From Acutalibacteraceae bacterium (GTDB lineage: Bacteria > Bacillota > Clostridia > Oscillospirales > Acutalibacteraceae): a DNA stretch of 37,983 bases. The stretch covers positions 1 through 37,983 of the forward strand of contig JAXJRE010000289.1 in the NCBI GenBank assembly GCA_036310785.1, read 5' to 3'. The position numbers were made by a program, and so were the translations under genes. The notes below the pieces were generated by a model. The model saw only the letters and a list, made by a program, of their open reading frames with translations. It did not search any database and had not been told where the DNA came from. How positions within the stretch are numbered: the first letter of the stretch is position 1; each line of letters begins with the position of its first letter. Below, in pieces: positions 6,515 through 13,510 of this stretch.

Positions 6515-9232
6515 ATGGAAACAACAGAAAGAAAAATCGTGGACAGTGTAGAGGCGCTTGAGGAAGCTCTTGTGCGTGTCAGGGAAGCTCAGAAGAAGTT
6601 TTCCGCCTACACTCAGGAACAGGTAGACAAAATCTTCTTTGCTGCGGCTTCGGCGGCAAACAAGGCAAGAATCCCTCTTGCAAAGCAGGCAGTTGCCGAG
6701 ACAGGCATGGGCGTTGTTGAGGACAAGGTTATAAAGAACAACTACGCTTCGGAGTATATTTACAACGCTTACAAGGACACCAAGACCTGCGGAGTTATCG
6801 AGGAGGACAAGGCTTTCGGACTGAAAAAGATCGCTGAGCCTATCGGCGTTATCGCCGCTGTTATCCCGACAACAAACCCGACTTCAACGGCAATATTTAA
6901 GTGCCTTATCGCTCTTAAAACCCGTAATGCTATCGTCATCAGCCCTCACCCGAGAGCAAAGCAGTCAACTATCGAGGCCGCAAGAATTGTTCTTGAAGCC
7001 GCAGTTAAGGCAGGCGCACCCGAGGGAATTATCGACTGGATCGACATTCCGAGCCTTGAGATGACAAACCTTGTTATGAAAGAGGCCGATATCATCCTCG
7101 CAACAGGCGGCCCCGGAATGGTTAAGGCGGCATACTCATCGGGCAAGCCGGCACTCGGCGTTGGCGCAGGTAACACTCCTGCAATCATTGACGAGACAGC
7201 GGACATCGTTCTTGCCGTCAGCTCGATCATTCACTCAAAGACCTTTGATAACGGTATGATCTGCGCTTCGGAGCAGTCGGTTATCGTTCATCAGAATATA
7301 TATGACGCAGTTAAGGCTGAGTTTACGGACAGAGGCTGTTACTTCCTCAATCCCGAGGAGACCGAAAAGGTCAGAAAGACTATCATCATCAACGGTGCTC
7401 TCAATGCAAAGATCGTAGGTCAGCCTGCCGCTAAGATCGCCGCACTTGCAGGCGTAACCGTTCCGTCAGGAACAAAGATCATCATCGGCGAGGTTGAAAG
7501 CGTGGATATCAGCGAGGAATTTGCTCACGAGAAGCTTTCTCCCGTCCTTGCAATGTATAAGGCGACCGACATTCACGACGCTTTCAGCAAGGCTGAACAG
7601 CTTATCGCAGACGGCGGCTACGGTCACACATCATCTATCTATCTCAACGAGGTTACGGAGACCGAAAAGCTCAACGAGTTCGTTGAGAGAATGAAGACCT
7701 GCCGTATCCTTGTCAACACTCCCTCCTCTCACGGCGGTATCGGAGATCTTTACAACTTCAAGCTTGCTCCGTCGCTCACACTCGGCTGCGGCTCATGGGG
7801 CGGCAACAGCGTCAGCGAAAACGTAGGCGTAAAGCATCTTATCAATATCAAGTCCGTAGCGGAAAGGAGACAGAATATGTTGTGGTTCAGAGCGCCTGAA
7901 AAGGTATATATCAAGAAGGGCTGTCTTCCCGTTGCACTTGACGAGCTCAAGCACGTTATGGGCAAGAAGAGAGCGTTCATTGTAACGGACAGCTTCCTTT
8001 ATCATAACGGCTACACAAAGCCGATCACAGACAAGCTTGACGAGATGGGCATCGTTCACACAACGTTCTTCAACGTTGCTCCCGATCCGACACTTGCAAG
8101 CGCAAAAGAGGGCGCAGAGCAGATGAAGGCATTCCAGCCCGACTGCATTATCGCACTCGGCGGCGGCTCGGCAATGGACGCCGGCAAGATCATGTGGGTG
8201 CTTTACGAGCATCCGGAAGCAGACTTTATGGATATGGCAATGCGCTTCATTGATATCCGTAAGCGTGTTTACACCTTCCCGAAGATGGGCGAGAAGGCAT
8301 ACTTCATCGCAATTCCGACTTCGGCAGGTACGGGCTCGGAGGTTACTCCGTTCGCAGTTATCACGGACGAAAAGACAGGCGTTAAGTATCCGCTTGCCGA
8401 CTATCAGCTTCTGCCGAATATGGCTATCATCGACACGGACTTCCATATGAGCGCACCCAAGGGACTTACAGCCGCTTCAGGTATCGACGCTGTAACCCAC
8501 GCTCTTGAGGCTTACGCTTCAATGATGGCAACGGATTACACCGACGGTCTTGCTCTCAAAGCTCTCAAGACAATATTTGAATATCTGCCCCGTGCATACG
8601 ATAACGGTCAGACCGATATCGAGGCTCGTGAGAAGATGGCAAACGCCGCAACAATGGCAGGTATGGCATTCGCAAACGCATTCCTCGGCGTATGTCACTC
8701 AATGGCTCATAAGCTCGGCGCATTCCACCACCTGCCGCATGGCGTTGCAAACGCTCTGATGATTGAAGAGGTTCTTCGCTTCAACGCTTCCGAGGCTCCT
8801 GCAAAGATGGGTACGTTCTCACAGTACGATCATCCGCACACCCTTGCACGTTACGCTGAGGTTGCCGAGTATCTCGGCTTCGGCGGAAAGAACGACAAGG
8901 AAAGCCTTGAAAACCTTATTGCAGGTATCAATGCTCTCAAGGAGAAAGTTGGAATTAAGGCAACGATCCGTGACTACGGCATTGACGAGAAGGACTTCCT
9001 TGTCCGACTTGACGATATGGTTGAGCAGGCATTTGACGATCAGTGCACAGGTGCTAACCCCCGTTATCCGCTCATGAGCGAGATCAAGCAGATGTATCTC
9101 AACGCCTACTACGGCGACAAGCATTTTACCGAAGAAGAGAAACCCACATCAGCCGATTTTGCGGCGGAAAGCGACAAGCACGACTTTAAGAAAGCCTATC
9201 GCAGAGCCGAAAACGGCAAGAGCAAAGCATAA
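6515..9232 (+). CDS. adhE: Bifunctional acetaldehyde-CoA/alcohol dehydrogenase AdhE
   Basis: A 905-aa fusion of an ALDH domain and an iron-ADH domain (GGGSAMDAGK and His-rich metal site motifs). It carries a ~35-aa charged C-terminal tail beyond the usual end. Confidence 0.95.
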   Translation: METTERKIVDSVEALEEALVRVREAQKKFSAYTQEQVDKIFFAAASAANKARIPLAKQAVAETGMGVVEDKVIKNNYASEYIYNAYKDTKTCGVIEEDKAFGLKKIAEPIGVIAAVIPTTNPTSTAIFKCLIALKTRNAIVISPHPRAKQSTIEAARIVLEAAVKAGAPEGIIDWIDIPSLEMTNLVMKEADIILATGGPGMVKAAYSSGKPALGVGAGNTPAIIDETADIVLAVSSIIHSKTFDNGMICASEQSVIVHQNIYDAVKAEFTDRGCYFLNPEETEKVRKTIIINGALNAKIVGQPAAKIAALAGVTVPSGTKIIIGEVESVDISEEFAHEKLSPVLAMYKATDIHDAFSKAEQLIADGGYGHTSSIYLNEVTETEKLNEFVERMKTCRILVNTPSSHGGIGDLYNFKLAPSLTLGCGSWGGNSVSENVGVKHLINIKSVAERRQNMLWFRAPEKVYIKKGCLPVALDELKHVMGKKRAFIVTDSFLYHNGYTKPITDKLDEMGIVHTTFFNVAPDPTLASAKEGAEQMKAFQPDCIIALGGGSAMDAGKIMWVLYEHPEADFMDMAMRFIDIRKRVYTFPKMGEKAYFIAIPTSAGTGSEVTPFAVITDEKTGVKYPLADYQLLPNMAIIDTDFHMSAPKGLTAASGIDAVTHALEAYASMMATDYTDGLALKALKTIFEYLPRAYDNGQTDIEAREKMANAATMAGMAFANAFLGVCHSMAHKLGAFHHLPHGVANALMIEEVLRFNASEAPAKMGTFSQYDHPHTLARYAEVAEYLGFGGKNDKESLENLIAGINALKEKVGIKATIRDYGIDEKDFLVRLDDMVEQAFDDQCTGANPRYPLMSEIKQMYLNAYYGDKHFTEEEKPTSADFAAESDKHDFKKAYRRAENGKSKA

Positions 9233-9246
9233 AGGAGGACGAAACT

Positions 9247-9996
9247 ATGAATTTAGACAGAATTATTGCGGTCAGAACCGACAAAACCGTTTACCGTGAC
9301 GGCGATCGCTGTCTCAAGGTCTTCAACGAGGATTATTCCAAGGCGGACGTTCTCAACGAGGCTCTCAATCAGGCTCGTATCGAGGAGACGGGACTTAATA
9401 TCCCGAAGATCCTTGAGGTCACCGTCATCGACGGCAAGTGGACAATCGTATCCGAGTTCATCAAGGGCAAGACTCTTGCCAGACTGATGGAAGAAAATCC
9501 CGACAAGAAAGACGAGTATCTCAGCCTTTTCGTCGATCTCCAGCTTCAGATGCACAGCAAGACCTGCAAGGGACTTACAAAGCTCAAGGACAAGATGAAC
9601 AGAAAGATCAGCGAGACCGACCTTTCGGCAACCGTTCGTTACGACCTCCACACACGTCTTGAGGCTATGCCCAAGCACAACAAGGTTTGCCACGGCGATT
9701 TCAACCCGACAAACATTATCATCACGGACGACGGCACACCGTATATCCTTGACTGGTCGCACGCAACTCAGGGCAACGCTTCCGCAGACGTTGCAAGAAC
9801 CTATCTTCTTTTCTGGCTCAACGGCGATATCGACGGAGCAAAGAAATACCTTGATATGTTCTGCGAGAGAAGCAACACGGCAAAGCAGTATGTTCAGAAG
9901 TGGATGCCGATCGTAGCGGCCTCCCAGACGGTTAAGGGCAACGAGGCGGAGCGTGAGTTCCTGCACTCCTGGATCGACGTTGTCGATTACGAATAA
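9247..9996 (+). CDS. APH/choline-kinase-fold phosphotransferase (putative protein kinase of the HydS module)
   Basis: Brenner-type catalytic loop HGDFNPTN, the following ILDWSHA, and the Lys in CLKVF. It lies 14 nt after adhE and has a GGAGG RBS. Confidence 0.7.
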   Translation: MNLDRIIAVRTDKTVYRDGDRCLKVFNEDYSKADVLNEALNQARIEETGLNIPKILEVTVIDGKWTIVSEFIKGKTLARLMEENPDKKDEYLSLFVDLQLQMHSKTCKGLTKLKDKMNRKISETDLSATVRYDLHTRLEAMPKHNKVCHGDFNPTNIIITDDGTPYILDWSHATQGNASADVARTYLLFWLNGDIDGAKKYLDMFCERSNTAKQYVQKWMPIVAASQTVKGNEAEREFLHSWIDVVDYE

Positions 9997-10016
9997 TTTA
10001 TAAACAGATCAGTTCA

Positions 10017-10060
10017 GCGGCGTATTTCCCGGCAAAAAAATAGGCAGAGAAATACACCGC
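10017..10060 (+). other. Imperfect RNA hairpin in the kinase-ferredoxin intergenic gap, with no U-tract
   Basis: The arms GCGGCGTATTTC / GAAATACACCGC pair at 11 of 12 positions with a 20-nt loop. It is not followed by a T-run. Confidence 0.35.
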
Positions 10061-10106
10061 CTACTGTTCAACGGATAAAAAGTATAAAAAATAGGAGGAT
10101 TATTCA

Positions 10107-10346
10107 ATGAAGATCACAGTATGTATCGGCTCATCCTGCCACATCAAAGGCTCAAGACAGGTTGTAGAGCAGCTCCAGTATCTCATCCATGAGAACAATC
10201 TCGGCGACAAGGTCGAGCTTGGCGGAACCTTCTGCATGGGCAAGTGCCAGCAGGGCGTTTGCGTCACGGTTGACGACAAGTTTTTCTCAGTTTCACCCGA
10301 GACCGTAAAGGAATTCTTTAACGAGAACGTTCTTGCAAAGGTGTGA
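10107..10346 (+). CDS. Thioredoxin-like [2Fe-2S] ferredoxin (NuoE/HydC-like small protein), copy 1
   Basis: CIGSSC (Cx4C) plus FCMGKC (Cx3C) provide four Cys ligands. A GGAGG RBS is present. Confidence 0.75.
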   Translation: MKITVCIGSSCHIKGSRQVVEQLQYLIHENNLGDKVELGGTFCMGKCQQGVCVTVDDKFFSVSPETVKEFFNENVLAKV

Positions 10347-10351
10347 AAAAT

Positions 10352-10612
10352 ATGATCGTTCAGATTTGTGTAGGTTCTTCCTGCCATTTGAAAGGGTCTG
10401 AAAAATTGGTTGAGCTTTTCCAAAAGGCTATAGCCGACAACAAGCTTGATGATGAGGTTACACTTGCCGGCAGCTTCTGCACCGGCAAGTGCAATCGCGT
10501 AGGTGTGACCGTGACGGTGGACGACGATGTCTTTACCGGAGTTACGCCTGAAAATTTCAGCGGCTTTTTCAATGACAAGGTACTTAATAAAATAAACGAA
10601 GAAAGGAAATAA
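10352..10612 (+). CDS. Thioredoxin-like [2Fe-2S] ferredoxin, copy 2 (paralogue of copy 1)
   Basis: CVGSSC plus FCTGKC. I chose ATG 10352 because MIVQICVGSSCH aligns with MKITVCIGSSCH of copy 1 and AAGGTG lies 8 nt upstream. The alternative is GTG 10343. Confidence 0.75.
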   Translation: MIVQICVGSSCHLKGSEKLVELFQKAIADNKLDDEVTLAGSFCTGKCNRVGVTVTVDDDVFTGVTPENFSGFFNDKVLNKINEERK

Positions 10613-10616
10613 CGGT

Positions 10617-12290
10617 ATGGAATGTCTGACTCTGAAAAAATCCAACTGTAAAAACTGTTACAAGTGTATTCGTCACTGTCCGGTCAAATCCATCCGTTTT
10701 TCCGGCAATCAGGCATATATCATCGGCAACGAGTGCATAATGTGCGGTCAGTGCTTCGTAGTCTGTCCGCAGGACGCAAAGCAGATCGTTGACGAGACCG
10801 AAAAGGTCAAGGTGCTTTTGCAGAGCGGCGATCCCGTTGTTGTCAGCCTTGCTCCGTCATTTGTTGCAAACTATGAGGGTGTTGGCATCGGAGCAATGAG
10901 AGAGGCTCTTAAACAGCTCGGTTTTTACGATGTTGAAGAAACGGCGATCGGCGCAACGATCGTTAAAAAGGAATATGAAAGAATGGTAGGGGAGAAGACG
11001 CACGACATAATCATCTCCTCCTGTTGTCATTCTATTAACCTGCTTATACAGAAGTATTTCCCGGCAGAGCTGCCCTACCTTGCCGATGTTCTTTCACCGA
11101 TGCAGGCGCACTGCAGGGACATCAAGAACAGGATGCCGAACGCAAAGACCGTATTTATCGGCCCCTGCGTTGCGAAGAAGGACGAGGCTCAGTATTATGA
11201 GGGCATAGTTGACGCCGTTCTCACCTTTGACGAGCTGACAAACTGGCTCAAGTCTCAGAATATCGAGCTGAAGCAGGAAATGGATCACGACGAAAACACC
11301 CGTGCAAGGTTCTTCCCGACAACGGGCGGTATTCTCAAGACGATGGAAACCGACGATCCCGACTACACCTATATGGCGATTGACGGAACGGAAAACTGCA
11401 TTGCCGCCCTGCGTGAAATTGAAAACGGCAAGCTTCACAGATGCTTTATCGAGATGTCCGCCTGCGTAGGAAGCTGTGTCGGCGGTCCAGTTATGGAAAA
11501 ATTCCACCGCTCTCCCGTTAAGGATTATGTTGCGGTGTCGAAATTCGCAGGCAAAAACGACTTCCCGGTTGAGGAAGCCGATCCCGTTACCGTCAGGAAG
11601 AATTTTACGTTTATCGAAAGAAAGCTGCAGCAACCGTCCGAGACGGAGATTCGCGACACTCTGCGTCAGATGGGCAAGATGAAGCCCTCCGACGAGCTGA
11701 ACTGCGGTTCCTGCGGCTACAATACCTGCCGTGAAAAGGCGATCGCAATTCTCCAGGGCAAGGCGGAGATTTCAATGTGCTTGCCGTACCTCAAGGATAA
11801 GGCTGAGAGCTTCTCCGACACGATCGTCAGGAACACTCCGAACGGACTTATTGTTCTCAACGAAAAGTTAGAGGTTCAGCAGATCAATCAGGCGGCGCTG
11901 AAGATAATCAACGTCCGCAACGCTTCGGTAATTCTCGGCGATCAGGTCGTCAGAATACTTGATCCGACCGATTTCCTCAGCGTTCTCAATTCGGGCAAGA
12001 GTATTCACAACAAGAGAACCTACCTTGCGGAGTATGAAAAATATGTCGAGGAGTCCATTCTCTACGATAAGGAATACCGTCTGCTTGTTTGTATTCTGCG
12101 TGATGTTACCGAGGAAGAAAATCAGCGTGAGAAGAAAGAAAAGATCAGCCACCAGACCGTTGAAATTGCCGACCGAGTTGTTGACAATCAGATGAGAATT
12201 GTTCAGGAGATTGCATCGCTTCTCGGTGAAACTGCGGCTGAAACAAAAATTGCGCTTACTAAATTAAAGGAGTCGATCAGCGATGAATAA
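10617..12290 (+). CDS. hydS: Sensor-type [FeFe]-hydrogenase homologue (HydS, group C-like): two [4Fe-4S] motifs, an H-domain, a Cx2Cx4Cx16C motif and a PAS domain
   Basis: It has two CxxCxxCxxxCP motifs. The H-cluster motifs are altered: SSCCH, FIGPCVAKKDE and EMSACVGSCVGGP. CGSCGYNTC-x16-C follows, then a PAS-like C-terminus. Confidence 0.8.
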   Translation: MECLTLKKSNCKNCYKCIRHCPVKSIRFSGNQAYIIGNECIMCGQCFVVCPQDAKQIVDETEKVKVLLQSGDPVVVSLAPSFVANYEGVGIGAMREALKQLGFYDVEETAIGATIVKKEYERMVGEKTHDIIISSCCHSINLLIQKYFPAELPYLADVLSPMQAHCRDIKNRMPNAKTVFIGPCVAKKDEAQYYEGIVDAVLTFDELTNWLKSQNIELKQEMDHDENTRARFFPTTGGILKTMETDDPDYTYMAIDGTENCIAALREIENGKLHRCFIEMSACVGSCVGGPVMEKFHRSPVKDYVAVSKFAGKNDFPVEEADPVTVRKNFTFIERKLQQPSETEIRDTLRQMGKMKPSDELNCGSCGYNTCREKAIAILQGKAEISMCLPYLKDKAESFSDTIVRNTPNGLIVLNEKLEVQQINQAALKIINVRNASVILGDQVVRILDPTDFLSVLNSGKSIHNKRTYLAEYEKYVEESILYDKEYRLLVCILRDVTEEENQREKKEKISHQTVEIADRVVDNQMRIVQEIASLLGETAAETKIALTKLKESISDE

Positions 12291-13455
12291 TCTGTGTGCT
12301 GACATCGGCTGGAAAAGTATAAATCACGAGGGCGAACAGCTCTGCGGCGACCATGTGGATATTGTCGAGCAGAGCGAAAACTCCACCGTTATCGTGCTTG
12401 CGGACGGTCTCGGAAGCGGAGTAAAGGCGAGTATTCTTTCAACTCTCACTTCCAAGATTATTTCAACGATGATGGCTGAGGGACTTTCGCTTGAGGAGTG
12501 TGTTTCCACCATTGCCGCAACGCTTCCGATCTGTTCGGTCAGGGGAGTGGCTTACTCCACCTTTACGATCATTCACCTGATAAATAATGAGACAGCCGAA
12601 CTCATCCAGTACGACAATCCTCACGTTATACTTCTGCGCAACGGCAAGAACTATGACTATCCCAAAAATGAGCTGAATATTAACGGCAAGCAGATTTATA
12701 AGTCCGTTATCAGCCTGCAGGAAAACGATATTTTCATCGCCATGAGCGACGGTTGTCCTCATGCCGGAATAGGTCTTGCCTACAACTTCGGCTGGAAGCG
12801 TGACGATATAATCGACTTTATGGAGACCTTTGCCGATATCGGATATACGGCGAAAACTCTTTCGACCATGCTAATTGACGAGTGTAACAAGCAGTACGGC
12901 TTTCATCCCGGTGACGATGCGACAGCCTGCGTTGTCCGTATCAGAAAGAGAGAGCCGATGAACCTGCTCTTCGGTCCTCCGAGAAACAGGGACGACTGCG
13001 ACAGAATGATGTCGCTGTTCTTCTCCAAGGAGGGCAAGCACATTGTCTGCGGCGGAACGACCTCATCGATCGCCGCAAAGTACCTCGGCAAGCCGATTAG
13101 GGCGACGCTCAACTTTGAGCAGAGCGACGTGCCTCCGATAGCCGAGATTGAGGGAGTCGATCTCGTCACCGAGGGTGTTATCACGATCAACAAGGTTATC
13201 GAATATGCAAGAGACGCCCTTGACAAAAATGAGCTTTACGATCAGTGGAGCATCAAGCAGGACGGAGCTTCAAAGATATGCCGTCTGCTGTTTGAGGAAG
13301 CTACGGATATCAACTTCTATGTCGGCAGGGCGGTCAATCCCGCTCATCAGAATCCCGATCTGCCGATCAACTTTAACATCAAAATGAATCTTGTCGAGGA
13401 GCTTTCGGACTGTCTGAAGCAGATGGGCAAGAGAATAAAGGTAAGCTATTTTTAA
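12283..13455 (+). CDS. PP2C/SpoIIE-family Ser/Thr protein phosphatase with an uncharacterised ~170-aa C-terminal domain
   Basis: PPM motifs GDHVD, ADGLGSGVKAS, SDG and DDATA. It overlaps the hydS stop by 8 nt. Confidence 0.8.
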   Translation: MNNLCADIGWKSINHEGEQLCGDHVDIVEQSENSTVIVLADGLGSGVKASILSTLTSKIISTMMAEGLSLEECVSTIAATLPICSVRGVAYSTFTIIHLINNETAELIQYDNPHVILLRNGKNYDYPKNELNINGKQIYKSVISLQENDIFIAMSDGCPHAGIGLAYNFGWKRDDIIDFMETFADIGYTAKTLSTMLIDECNKQYGFHPGDDATACVVRIRKREPMNLLFGPPRNRDDCDRMMSLFFSKEGKHIVCGGTTSSIAAKYLGKPIRATLNFEQSDVPPIAEIEGVDLVTEGVITINKVIEYARDALDKNELYDQWSIKQDGASKICRLLFEEATDINFYVGRAVNPAHQNPDLPINFNIKMNLVEELSDCLKQMGKRIKVSYF

Positions 13456-13510
13456 TCCCCGTCTGTCAAGACGGTGCATTGATTGACACGGTTACCAAAG
13501 GAGGAAGAAA

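Noticed and set aside
9253-9966. The ORF track contains many long antisense ORFs inside real genes. Examples are 9253..9966 in the kinase gene, 5889..6464 in rex, 7793..8446 in adhE, 10100..10645 across both ferredoxins, 15179..15910, 16129..16821, 17325..18017, 20625..21227, 32877..33704, 34073..34672 and 35785..36402.
   Set aside because: Those I checked (9253..9966 and 5889..6464) are in the codon-aligned antisense frame. In that frame, stops arise only opposite sense TTA, CTA and TCA codons, which these genes rarely use. Their translations are low-complexity with no recognisable motifs and no RBS. They are shadow ORFs, not overlapping genes.
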